NCBI GenBank assembly: GCA_963663765.2
Contig: CAXXUA010000015.1
Span: 1 to 64,000 of the forward strand
DNA length: 64,000 nucleotides
From: Candidatus Poribacteria bacterium
GTDB lineage: Bacteria; Poribacteria; WGA-4E; WGA-3G
Direction of reading: 5' to 3'
A model generated the notes under the pieces. That model was not told where the DNA came from. It saw nothing but the letters and a program-made list of their open reading frames with translations, and searched no databases. Position 1 is the first letter of the stretch. Every line of letters starts with the position of its first letter. The position numbers were made by a program, and so were the translations under genes. Below, in pieces: positions 1 to 10,900 of this stretch.

Positions 1-323
1 AGCACAATACATGTCAGATTGAAGATTCGGTTTGTCAGATTCCATGCAGCTTCTTCTCCATCTTCTGCTTCGGTAGCGACAAATGTCGTAATGAACGCCT
101 TGCTCAATATACCTTCACCGAACATATCTCTCAGAAAATTAGGTATACGAAATGCCAGATGAAACGCACCAGCACCCAATTTTGTAGGGAAATAATAGAA
201 TATCGCAATTTCGCGTGCCAAACCTAACACTCGTGAACCCATCACAGCGAGACTGACAAGCCCAGCCGCACGAGTTACCTCTTGGTTCTGCTCTTGAGTA
301 GATTTAGATTCGTTTTCTTCCAT
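1..323 (-). CDS. murJ: Lipid II flippase MurJ (MviN), 5' part; runs off the window edge
   Basis: Manual translation from ATG at 323: MEENESKSTQEQNQEVTRAAGLVSLAVMGSRVLGLAREIAIF...AFRIPNFLRDMFGEG, matching the MurJ SRxLGxxRE and F.IPN.LR..F.EG motifs. Confidence 0.9.
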   Translation of the reverse strand, partial: MEENESKSTQEQNQEVTRAAGLVSLAVMGSRVLGLAREIAIFYYFPTKLGAGAFHLAFRIPNFLRDMFGEGILSKAFITTFVATEAEDGEEAAWNLTNRIFNLTCIV

Positions 324-393
324 ATAGTGCTAACAACTTATTTGAAATGCTATTATTTCATTCTAAACGTATATTGTAATGCATACTAAATCT

Positions 394-707
394 CAGGGTT
401 ATTCAGTCTTAAGAGTCTTCTATTATTGTGATTTACTGAAAGTTAATATCTAATTGCTGTAGATTAGGTTTCCTAACTGCACCTTATGTATCAATTTTAG
501 ATTATTGAAACATGAACATCGGTTTTTAGTCCCGTAGGGACGATATGTTTATTCTTCTATGCCGTTCCTACGGAACTCATGAGGGGTGGATAACATTTAT
601 TTATAAACATATCGTCTCTACGAGACTAAAGACATAAACAAGACGACATCGCACAATTTACGTCAAAGTAAAATAATATCAATAATACCTAAAACTGAAT
701 ATCCCTG
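394..707. mobile_element. MITE family A (TIR CAGGGTTATTCAGT), carrying a REP-like cluster
   Basis: Ends CAGGGTTATTCAGTCTTAAG / CCTAAAACTGAATATCCCTG; flanking 9-bp direct repeat ACTAAATCT / ACTAAATAT. Confidence 0.8.
527..628. repeat. REP-like palindromic cluster (TAGTCCCGTAGGGACGATATGTTT family)
   Basis: Inverted copies of TAGTCCCGTAGGGACGATATGTTT; same family at 53337-53562 and 63712-63866. Confidence 0.75.
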
Positions 708-781
708 ACTAAATATATTTGATGCTTGACTTATGTTTTGAATTCATATAAATTCTAAGGTAAAACAAAAGGAGATTCACT

Positions 782-1162
782 ATGCAAGAAAAGAAATACT
801 TTACAGTTGAAGAAGCCAATGAATGTATACCTGAATTAATTAGTGACATTACATTGCTACTTAAACTAAAAGAGAAATTGGAAACACTACATGCAAAACT
901 GACACCTTTTTTAGAGGTAATTCCAACGAACGGTGGTAGTAAAGACGCACTTAAACTAATGCAAACTGGAGAAGAATTCAGTAGCATCGTAGAAAACATA
1001 CAAGAACGTGGATGTTACCTCAAAGGACTTGAACCTGCTCTAATTGATTTTCCGCATCTACGTGAGGGAAAGGAGGTATATCTGTGCTGGAGATATGGAG
1101 AAAGAGAGATTCGGTATTGGCATGAAATTCATGATGGATTTACAGGACGAAAACCTTTGTAA
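782..1162 (+). CDS. DUF2203 family protein
   Basis: FTVEEAN N-terminus and LIDFP...VYLCW..GE.EI.YWH....GF.GRKP signature; AGGAG RBS. Confidence 0.85.
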   Translation: MQEKKYFTVEEANECIPELISDITLLLKLKEKLETLHAKLTPFLEVIPTNGGSKDALKLMQTGEEFSSIVENIQERGCYLKGLEPALIDFPHLREGKEVYLCWRYGEREIRYWHEIHDGFTGRKPL

Positions 1163-1948
1163 TCAATTCATAAAATAAAAGTGGTTGGTGGGTCCATGTC
1201 CTTCTCCAATATTCAGTGCGTGTTCAATCGCTTTTGTAATATATACTTTCGCCTCAAGTATTGCAGAATTCAAATCCTTACCCTGTCCCAAATGTGTAGC
1301 AATCGCAGCTGAGTAAGTACAACCTGTTCCATGTGTATTTTTTGTATCAATTCGTTCTGCTTCATAAAATGTCCAGTCCCCGTCACAATATAGGACATCT
1401 GTTGCTTTGTCTTCACTCAGATGTCCTCCTTTTACCAATACTGCATGACACCCAAGCCTTGCTATGGTTTTGGCAGCAGATTTTGCATCGTCTAAAGATA
1501 GGATTTTTTTCTCTGCAAGGAGTTCTGCTTCGTGAATATTCGGAGTGATGACTGTTGCAATTGGGATGAGTTTATGCATCAAACTATTGATGGCTTCTGC
1601 TTTCAAAAGCGGGTACTTACTCTTAGATATCATAACGGGGTCAACTACGATGGATGAGGGATTATATTCTTGTAGTTTTCGTGAAACCGATTCCACAATG
1701 TTTGAGGATGACAACATACCAGTCTTTACACTGGAAATATCAAAGTCGGAAAATACCGCATCAAGTTGCGCTTCAATCAAAAGAATTGGTAAATCGTAGG
1801 CATCAGTAACAGTAACAGTATTTTGTGCGGTTACAGAAGTAATCGCAGACAAAGCATAACCACCATTTGCAGATATTGCCTTTATGTCTGCTTGAATACC
1901 CGCTCCACCCCCTGAATCTGAACCAGCAATTGTAAGTATCTGTTTCAT
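1163..1948 (-). CDS. thiD: Hydroxymethylpyrimidine/phosphomethylpyrimidine kinase
   Basis: LTIAGSDSGGGAGIQADIK, VVDPVM, TPNxxEA, NTHGTGCT motifs. Confidence 0.95.
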   Translation of the reverse strand: MKQILTIAGSDSGGGAGIQADIKAISANGGYALSAITSVTAQNTVTVTDAYDLPILLIEAQLDAVFSDFDISSVKTGMLSSSNIVESVSRKLQEYNPSSIVVDPVMISKSKYPLLKAEAINSLMHKLIPIATVITPNIHEAELLAEKKILSLDDAKSAAKTIARLGCHAVLVKGGHLSEDKATDVLYCDGDWTFYEAERIDTKNTHGTGCTYSAAIATHLGQGKDLNSAILEAKVYITKAIEHALNIGEGHGPTNHFYFMN

Positions 1949-2329
1949 ATTCTCCCTAATATATCATACTAATGTAAAATTGCGTTTAGTATTTTTGAAT
2001 CATAAAACTATATCTCTGATTTCAAATTATAACACTGTTAATATACTTTGGTCAAGCAATCAAAACAAGATGTATAAAGTTTTTTGCATGTATTCTGAAT
2101 CGCGGATTACACGGATTACAAGGAGAAGACACCTGATGAGATCGTTTTGCTTATGTTGCGGTATTCGTGTGCCATAACTGTTGATAGAGAAGTCTTATCC
2201 GCGAAACCGGGGATTCTGTCTAAACCAAGATTTTCAGGAAAATATTTCTGCGACTAATGTTATTGCTTAGATGATACTTTTTCTATGTGATATAACCTCT
2301 GGCACCTGTTTTTGTAAGATATAACTCAC

Positions 2330-2365
2330 AAAAGAAAAAGGCAGATACCGAAAACGGATACCTGC
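2330..2365 (-). terminator. Putative intrinsic terminator for the minus-strand transcript that crosses the tandem array
   Basis: Minus strand GCAGGTATCCG-TTTT-CGGTATCTGC followed by CTTTTTCTTTT. Confidence 0.6.
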
Positions 2366-2370
2366 ATGTT

Positions 2371-4227
2371 ATACCAATTCAAATAAATCTTGTCTCATTA
2401 AGGAATTCTACTGTTTACAGGACGGTCTCGACCGGGAGGTCGCTCCTACCAGATTTCCGTTGCTAATGAGACATTATCACATGAAAATGGTATAATACCA
2501 ATTCAAATAAATCTTGTCTCATTAAGGAATTCTACTGTTTACAGGACGGTCTCGACCGGGAGGTCGCTCCTACCAGATTTCCGTTGCTAATGAGAGATTA
2601 TCACATGAAAATGGTATAATACCAATTCAAATAAATCTTGTCTCATTAAGGAATTCTACTGTTTACAGGACGGTCTCGACCGGGAGGTCGCTCCTACCAG
2701 ATTTTCGTTGCTAATGAGAGATTATCATATGAAAATGGTATAATACCAATTCAAATAAATCTTGTCTGATTAAGGAATTCTAATGTTTACTGGACGGTCT
2801 CGACCGGGAGGTCGCTCCTACCAGATTTCCGTTGCTAATGAGAGATTATCACATGAAAATGGTATAATACCAATTCAAATAAATCTTGTCTCATTAAGGA
2901 ATTTTAATGTTTACTGGACGGTCGCGACCGGGAGGTCGCTCCTACCAGATTTCCGTTGCTAATGAGAGATTATACATGAAAATGGTATAATACCAATTCA
3001 AATAAATCTTGTCTCATTAAGGAATTCTAATGTTTACAGGACGGTCTCGACCGGGAGGTCGCTCCTACCAGATTTCCGCTGCTAATGAGACAATATCACA
3101 TGAAAATGGTATAATACCAATTCAAATAAATCTTGTCTCTTTAAGGAATTCTAATGTTTACTGGACGGTCTCGACCGGGAGGTCGCTCCTACCAGATTTC
3201 CGTTGCTAATGAGAGATTATCACATGAAAATGGTATAATACCAATTCAAATAAATCTTGTCTCATTAAGGAATTTTAATGTTTACTGGACGGTCGCGACC
3301 GGGAGGTCGCTCCTACCAGATTTTCGTTGCTAATGAGAGATTATCACATGAAAATGGTATAATACCAATTCAAATAAATCTTGTCTCATTAAGGAATTCT
3401 AATGTTTACTGGACGGTCGCGACCGGGAGGTCGCTCCTACCAGATTTCCGCTGCTAATGAGAGATTATCACATGAAAATGGTATAATACCAATTCAAATA
3501 AATCTTGTCTGATTAAGGAATTCTACTGTTTACAGGACGGTCTCGACCGGGAGGTCGCTCCTACCAGATTTCCGTTGCTAATGAGAGATTATCACATGAA
3601 AATGGTATAATACCAATTCAAATAAATCTTGTCTCATTAAGGAATTTTAATGTTTACTGGACGGTCGCGACCGGGAGGTCGCTCCTACCAGATTTCCGTT
3701 GCTAATGAGAGATTATCACATGAAAATGGTATAATACCAATTCAAATAAATCTTGTCTCATTAAGGAATTTTAATGTTTACTGGACGGTCGCGACCGGGA
3801 GGTCGCTCCTACCAGATTTTCGTTGCTAATGAGAGATTATCACATGAAAATGGTATAATACCAATTCAAATAAATCTTGTCTCATTAAGGAATTCTAATG
3901 TTTACTGGACGGTCGCGACCGGGAGGTCGCTCCTACCAGATTTCCGCTGCTAATGAGAGATTATCACATGAAATGGTATAATACCAATTCAAATAAATCT
4001 TGTCTGATTAAGGAATTCTACTGTTTACAGGACGGTCTCGACCGGGAGGTCGCTCCTACCAGATTTCCGCTGCTAATGAGACAATATCACATGAAAATGG
4101 TATAATACCAATTCAAATAAATCTTGTCTCTTTAAGGAATTCTAATGTTTACAGGACGGTCGCGACCGGGAGGTCGTTCCTACCAGATTTCCGCTGCTAA
4201 TGAGACAATATCACATGAAAATGGTAT
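2371..4227. repeat. Tandem array of 15 x ~124-bp units; each unit has imperfect terminal inverted repeats and an internal GTAG-type REP hairpin
   Basis: Units start at 2371, 2495, 2619 ... 4105. Ends ATACCAATTC...TGTCTCATTA / TAATGAGA...AAAATGGTAT. Internal minus-strand GTAGGAGCGACCTCCCGGTCG(C/A)GACC. No spacers. Confidence 0.95.
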
Positions 4228-4247
4228 TACAATATCACCAATGGGTA

Positions 4248-4505
4248 TTACTCCGCCATCCTCATAATAGACTGAAGCCATTCCCCTTTAAAAGATGTTA
4301 TGTTCTCTGCTGTTCCAATAATAATACATTGCTTTGAAGCACAGACTCTATGATAATCACCTTCCTCTTGTTCATTTTCAGGTGTGGTGTATTCATGATT
4401 AAATAGATGGTATATATCAACTGAGTATGGATTTGCTTTCACTATATTTATGTACGAAATTGAGAAAACACAAAATAAGATTAATAAAAATGTGAATTTT
4501 TTCAT
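4248..4505 (-). CDS. Small hypothetical secreted protein (possibly truncated)
   Basis: MKKF-type signal peptide; start overlaps the stop of the upstream gene (ATGA). Confidence 0.55.
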   Translation of the reverse strand: MKKFTFLLILFCVFSISYINIVKANPYSVDIYHLFNHEYTTPENEQEEGDYHRVCASKQCIIIGTAENITSFKGEWLQSIMRMAE

Positions 4506-5530
4506 TTTATATCTCCCAAGGCACTACGCAAGTGCCTAATTAGTTGTTCGTCAGATTCAGATGGAAGTGTATATAGTCCTGTTGAATAAGGGTCTATATT
4601 GTAATTCCACCCACCTAAACCTTTTAGTTCTTCATCAGTCGTTTGTGCTAACATTATCCGTTTTATATCGGAAGTAGGGGCATGTCCAAAACCGAATCCA
4701 GAACTTACAGTTACGGGTATACCTTCAGCGTTTATAAAGGTTTCTTCGTATATGAATTCATAATTATAATCGTTTCCAGCATAAAACATTCTTTTATCTG
4801 ATAACTCATATTGGTTCCAATCCGAAGACTTGTGCCCTATCAAAACCTGCCTTAAAAAACTACTACGCGGTGAGTCAATATAATGTAGGACGGTAATCTC
4901 AGGGTAATCAAGCAGATGTTGAAACTGCCAATCCACCCTCCCACCTGCAGAACCTGGTTCCGCCCGTGATACATCACGATTCTCATAGTAAAAACGTTCC
5001 GCTTCTATATATTCTGGCCAAACTTCTGTGAGAGTACGTTTAGGGTTGTACTTTGTCAAAATCTTCAATGCCCTTGGAGCAGTCAAGTGCTGTATCTTAG
5101 ACAGATCTTCCACATCTGTTGTGTAAACGCCCACAAGTTCTTTTGGACATTGTAGATGTTCTGGAACACCGTTAGAAAAAAGTGAATTCGTAGATGTGAA
5201 ACCTCTGACATGAAGCACATTTGTTGTTTTGACTTCAGAAAACGTAGGTTTTGCTTCAAAAGACATTTGTTGTTCCACCGGCATTTCGTGCCAATGATCC
5301 TCGTGCCACACATACTTACGTCCGTCATCTGGCCGTGGCGGTCTGTTATCCACTTCAGGCACTTGCACCTGTTCGGAGGGTTGTTCGGTTTCTGTTTCCG
5401 TTTTGGGTTCTGGGTCGGCAAGTTCCTCTTTGAACCGTTTCATGTCTACGGACAGGTAAATTTGAAATGCCACGAAACCTACGATAAGTAGCGCGAGTCC
5501 GCCTATTGCCCACTGTAATTGTTTTGGCAT
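4502..5530 (-). CDS. Hypothetical membrane-anchored protein with HxxHxH motif
   Basis: N-terminal TM helix, acidic Pro-rich linker, WHEDHWH motif; AGGAG RBS. Confidence 0.8.
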   Translation of the reverse strand: MPKQLQWAIGGLALLIVGFVAFQIYLSVDMKRFKEELADPEPKTETETEQPSEQVQVPEVDNRPPRPDDGRKYVWHEDHWHEMPVEQQMSFEAKPTFSEVKTTNVLHVRGFTSTNSLFSNGVPEHLQCPKELVGVYTTDVEDLSKIQHLTAPRALKILTKYNPKRTLTEVWPEYIEAERFYYENRDVSRAEPGSAGGRVDWQFQHLLDYPEITVLHYIDSPRSSFLRQVLIGHKSSDWNQYELSDKRMFYAGNDYNYEFIYEETFINAEGIPVTVSSGFGFGHAPTSDIKRIMLAQTTDEELKGLGGWNYNIDPYSTGLYTLPSESDEQLIRHLRSALGDIK

Positions 5531-5646
5531 GTCAATAACTCCTTATTGTGTGTTCCCTTGCGAACTTAATGCGTCTTGCTGGCAAGGTTCGGTTGCTACG
5601 GGGTTGATGATCCCTCGGTCAGGAATAATATGGTTACCAATTTTGT

Positions 5647-5892
5647 CTATTTTCTGGGACACGATATTCTTGGGTTTGGACAGATTATGTATGGTTTTTC
5701 ACAACTCTGTTTTGTTAGGCACTCAGTCTTGGATATGGGTAATAGACCGGATGGGACTTCGGTTGAGAGAGACGCATCAGATAACCCATGTTCAAAGAGT
5801 GTCATAAAGCTGAAAATTGTGACCATAACTATGACAGTGAGTAAGCATCCACCTTGGTAGGTGCGTATTAATTCTAAAAGTCTTTTTGTCAT
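5647..5892 (-). CDS. Small hypothetical protein, TM helix plus Cys-rich C-terminus
   Basis: AGGAG RBS before ATG; hydrophobic segment; C-terminal CLTKQSC..ICPNPRISC. Confidence 0.45.
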   Translation of the reverse strand: MTKRLLELIRTYQGGCLLTVIVMVTIFSFMTLFEHGLSDASLSTEVPSGLLPISKTECLTKQSCEKPYIICPNPRISCPRK

Positions 5893-6283
5893 GAATTATA
5901 TCTCCTGTGTGATATATTATCAAGATAAAACTATCAGTTAATATCCTGTATTGTGCATATAACACAACACTGATGACAAGCATTGAAACGTATACCAATG
6001 CAACAACAAAAGCCCGCGACGAAATGTGCGGGCACGAAAATACCACAAACACGAATGCTTGCGGGAAGACTTTGTAATTAATAATATGAACGAATGTGAA
6101 ATAAGTGGCGAGGTAACTGAGAGTTAACTTCGGTTTGCTTATTTTGAGTCGTTAACGTATTCTTTGTCTGAACCATGTTGACAAAAACTATACACGTTTG
6201 AAAAAGTGTATTGAGTTGCAAGTTGAAATGTGATAAATTATAGCAGTGTAAAAAATATTGGTAAACGTCTAACAGTGTTGACG

Positions 6284-6614
6284 CAGGGTTATTTAGTTTT
6301 TGGTATTTTAGGTAAATATGTTAACATACGTTAATAGGTTTGTTTGTATATTGTCGGATTGATATTCCCTTTGTCTGAACCAGGATTTACAGATTTTCAG
6401 GATTATGAGTTTGAGGTATTACACACCATTCAATAGTTGGTTTGTTCTGAGTCTAAATTGCTATTGATGAGGTAATCCTGGTAATCTGATAAACCTGTAA
6501 ATCCTGGTCGAGACGATATAGTAATGTACAAATTAAAAAATCTATTTTTCCGATTCGTATAATAAACTATTAGTTAACCTGAAAAATTCAGAATCTTAAA
6601 ACTAAATAACCCTG
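6284..6614. mobile_element. MITE family A carrying a TGTCTGAACCAGGATTT-type inverted-repeat element (6372-6514)
   Basis: TIRs CAGGGTTATTTAGTTTT / AAAACTAAATAACCCTG; 9-bp flanks GTGTTGACG / GTGTTGAAG. Confidence 0.8.
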
Positions 6615-6767
6615 GTGTTGAAGCAATAGTATTTTGACAAAGACTTGACTGTATCAACTTGATTATTGCAAAATTGAAAATTTTCTGCAATCACTATTTA
6701 TTGTTTCTGTAGTTAGTAGGAAAAAATATAAGAAATGATCTTCGGATCACAACGAAAGGAAATATTA

Positions 6768-7772
6768 ATGGCAACATTTAAAGCAGGTATGATAGGCTGT
6801 GGTGGCCGTGGACGCGCTCACGCTAATGGATACAAAGCCTCTACTGATGTGGAGATAGTGGCATGTGCAGATCCAATTGAAGAATCCCGAAACAAATTTG
6901 CTGAACAGTTTGAAATACCCCGTACGTATGAAGATTACCACGAGATGCTTGAAAAGGAATCACTGGATTTTGTGAGTGTTTGCACGTGGATTGCACTTCA
7001 TAAGGATATGGTGATTGCAGCCGCTAATAGTGGAATAAAAGCAATTCATTGTGAAAAACCGATGGCACCAACTTGGGGTGATGCGAAAGCACTATATCAG
7101 GCATGTGTTGATAATGATGTCGTCATAACATTTTGTCATCAAAGGCGTTTTGGTGCACAATTCCGCAAAGCGAAACAGTTAGCAAATGATGGCACGATTG
7201 GAGAAATTCGACGTATTGAAGGTTCATGCTCAAATTTGCTTGACTGGGGTACGCATTGGTTCGACATGTTCCATTTTTACAATAATGACGAACCTGTTGA
7301 GTGGGTTATTGGTCAAATAGAAGTAACAGGTGAACGTATTGTCTTTGGAACTCAAGTTGAAACCAGCGGTTTATCTTGGTTCCGTTGGAAAAACGGTGTA
7401 GAAGGTCTCCTAACAACAGGTGGGGTTTCACTAAAAGGATTTTCCAACCGCATCATCGGCACAAAAGGAATCGTTGATGTCGGTGGTGGTGCACCAGTCC
7501 GCTTGTTAAGAGAAGGATCAAGTGAATGGGAAAAACCAGATTTGAGTGATGTCACACCTAAAGGTAATGACTCAACCCTTTCTGTTCTTGATTTAATTGA
7601 TAGCATAAAAACGGGTCGGGAACCTGAACTCAGTGGTCGTAAAGCAATGCAAGCAACTGAACTTATTTTTGCTACGTACGAATCCAGTAGACAACGTGCA
7701 AAAATAACATTACCACTCACAACTGAGGACTCTGCGTTGCTGACAATGATAGAAACCGGTGAAATTGGATAA
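6768..7772 (+). CDS. Gfo/Idh/MocA family oxidoreductase
   Basis: GMIGCGGRG Rossmann motif, HCEKPMA, DWGTHWFD; start moved to ATG 6768, which follows an AAGGA RBS. Confidence 0.9.
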   Translation: MATFKAGMIGCGGRGRAHANGYKASTDVEIVACADPIEESRNKFAEQFEIPRTYEDYHEMLEKESLDFVSVCTWIALHKDMVIAAANSGIKAIHCEKPMAPTWGDAKALYQACVDNDVVITFCHQRRFGAQFRKAKQLANDGTIGEIRRIEGSCSNLLDWGTHWFDMFHFYNNDEPVEWVIGQIEVTGERIVFGTQVETSGLSWFRWKNGVEGLLTTGGVSLKGFSNRIIGTKGIVDVGGGAPVRLLREGSSEWEKPDLSDVTPKGNDSTLSVLDLIDSIKTGREPELSGRKAMQATELIFATYESSRQRAKITLPLTTEDSALLTMIETGEIG

Positions 7773-7779
7773 GTTAATT

Positions 7780-7804
7780 GTGGGTAGGTGATGTATCTAC
7801 CCAC
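7780..7804 (+). terminator. Hairpin downstream of the oxidoreductase gene
   Basis: GTGGGTAG ... CTACCCAC stem just after the stop codon; weak T tract. Confidence 0.45.
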
Positions 7805-7976
7805 TTATAAAAATCAGTTTGAATCTATTGAATAGGTTTAAATCAACCTAATTGTAAATAATGCGTCTAAAAAACAACTTTTTTGAGTCTGTGTCAGTAA
7901 GATATTAATTTTTTGATTCTACGCGAAGAAGCAAAGGTGAGTATATTCTAAACTTCGCGATAGTGGGGGAAAACGC

Positions 7977-10900
7977 GTGTCAAAATTCATAAATAGTTTT
8001 GTTCAGTCTTACTTCAGTAAGGAGGCCAATTCATCTTTCTATTTTATTTGGTCGTCCTTTATCATTTTTCTTTTAATTGTAAGTCTGTTTGTTTTGCAGC
8101 CAAATGCGTGGGCAGGTCTGTCAAGTCTCACTGTAGATGCGAATGGCGATGCTGTTTTTAATGGAGCGGATGATGGAGATAAGTTAACAATTACCTTTAC
8201 AACTGATGATTTTGGTGAAGAAGATCAAGAATATAAGTATGAAATTAAACTTGATGATGGTAGAGTGATTACCATGGGTCCAGATGTTGATAATGGACAA
8301 ACGTTATCCAATAACCAAACTGTACAATATATATGGGATGGAACATTGCAGGAAAGTCAAAATAATCGACTCCCTGATGGCACTTATACGATACAGGTAG
8401 TTCTCATACCCGTTGAACCATCCACAGAACTGCCCGGTGAAATATTGGAACTCACTGCGATTGTAACAATTGACTCCACACCCCCAGTGATCGCTATAAA
8501 TTTTGAAGAAGCGCAGTTTTCACCACTCCTCTATTCACTCCCCATTTACTACGATTTAAACGAAGACGTAACAGATGCATGGTTGGAAGTACAAAAATCC
8601 CCGAATGATACTACCGTTGGAAGAGCCATTGAATTAGAAACTACATCTGGTAGCCATATTTATTATTGGAATGGCGGTGATGCGACTCATGAAGTTTTTT
8701 CAGATGGTCAATACACGTTGAGAATACGAGCAATAGACAAAAGTGGGAATGAAACTGTAACAAACAAGACAAGTGTTATTACAATTGACACAGAAGAACC
8801 CCGTATTACTGAAATAACTTTCAACGGTTCCACATCTATTACCGAAGGTAAATTTATTAATGATGTGATAGAGTCGATCAGTTTCACTGCGGATGATCCT
8901 GGTGGTACAGGTGTTAATCTAAATAGTAGTGATACTGAGATATTGATTAGACCTGTTGGTGGTAATTACATTACAGGTGTGTTGTCTATTGGTAACAACG
9001 CAACACTTACAATCAGCGATCCTTTAGATGAACGTGCTGAAAATGGAGAATATGATGTTATAGTCTTTGTATCTGATAACGTTGGCAACCTTGCAATGAA
9101 AAGTATCAGATTTACTTTTGACAATACAGTACCAGTGTTAAAGAGTGTTGCTACAAACAATGGAGAATTTACTCCGAGTAGTAGTTTACGGGGTAGGACG
9201 AACTTTGTTGAAGCTACATTGGAAGATAACACTGAATTGAATCTTACTACCTCAACAATACGTGTTATTGATCCGAATGGAAGTTCTGTTCTCGGTCAAC
9301 AGAGTAGTCCTGACACCAATATAATACGTTGGGAATTTCTTTCACCCTTATTAGCTGATGATGGATTGCAAGATGGTATATACAATATAGAAATTGTTGG
9401 TGGTGACAAAGCTGGTAACAGAACCGACCCTATTCAGATTTCATTTCGTTTTGATAATCTCGCCCCTGACATTGAAATGTTGAGTTCTACACGTGATGGT
9501 AATCCTTTCACAAGTATAGGTAATAGAATTTATCATAGTCTTCCTCTTAACCAGTTTGTGGTTACATATAACGATGGTGAATCTGGAAGTGGTATAGCAT
9601 TTTCTGGAGTAGAAGAGATTAGTTCAGTATTTTTTGCGAAGTCAAATCCTGATGGGAGCATAACAGAAATTTCAGGTGACGCATTTCAAGATACAAGAAA
9701 CGGTGTGCTAACTTACATTTTAAGCGATCCACTCCTGAATACCGATGGGAGTCAAGATGGTATTTACAGACTAAATGTCAAGGCAGCTGACACGATTGGG
9801 AATATTAAAACGACCAGTTATCAATTTATCTTTGATACCCAAGTTCCGACACTTTCCTCAACAGTACCAGCTGCAAATGCGACACTAGACAATTTATCGG
9901 AAGTCGTTGTCAACCTAACTGAAGTTACCAGTGGAATAGATTTCGTTCAGAGTTTATTTCTTCTTTCGCGTGTAGCTGGTGAAACTCAAGTAGAAGTTCC
10001 AGTGAATGTTACAGGTAACGGCAAAGATCAAGCAAGATTAAAGTTATTGGAACCGATGGCTTTAGATGGATCAGATGATGGAACGTATGTGATTGAAATT
10101 ACTCCTATAGATCTTGCCGGTAATGTTGGTGCTGTTGTACGTCGTCAGTTTTATCTGGTGAGTCAGACACAACCACAAGTGCGATTAACAACACCTACAA
10201 TGGGTACTGTAAATAGTTTGGGTGACATTACAGTAGAGATTGCTAATTATATCGGTTCAGGCATAAACTATGATCTATCAACAGTAGTTGTTAGAAATCC
10301 TGATGGAACCAATATCCAACAGTCACAAGTTGATTCAGATCCAGCAAATAATCAGTTGACTTGGCGTACCGAAGCGACTATCCCGCGCAATGGAACTGCA
10401 GATGGTGAATATACAATAACTGCGAGTATTAGAGATTTTTCTGGCGAAGTCTTTCTGGGGAATTTTTCGGTTGTTTTGGACACACAATTTCCATCAATCG
10501 ATAGAGTAAATGCATTAACTGACCCGCAGCAACAACTTTCAATCAGTAGCACAACTGACATCAACGATACATTCTCACAGATAAATGTTGAATTTGATAG
10601 TTCTGATGTAGACTTTGAAAGTACATTAGTTACTTTATCAGCACCCGATACCACTGAGATCGTGTTGCATCGTAGGCATGATGGTGGAAGTAATTTGACT
10701 CTGAATTTCCAAAATTTAGTTGATCTTGGTACATATACTCTTACGATTACCTCAAGTGACATTGCTGGCAATGTATCTGATCCACCCTATATTTTCAGAT
10801 TTAATTTAGAAATAGATGTCCCTGTAGTGAGTACAGTATTGATAGGAGGGAAGACAGCACCTATTGTCTATGTTAATGGCAGTAATCCGGAAATTATTGC

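Noticed and set aside
1949-2330. TPP riboswitch upstream of thiD
   Set aside because: No CTGAGA / ACCTGA core found on the minus strand; the region holds degenerate repeat fragments instead
2371-4227. CRISPR or TIGR-like guide array
   Set aside because: Units are near-identical along their full 124 bp with no unique spacers, and no cas or nuclease gene is adjacent
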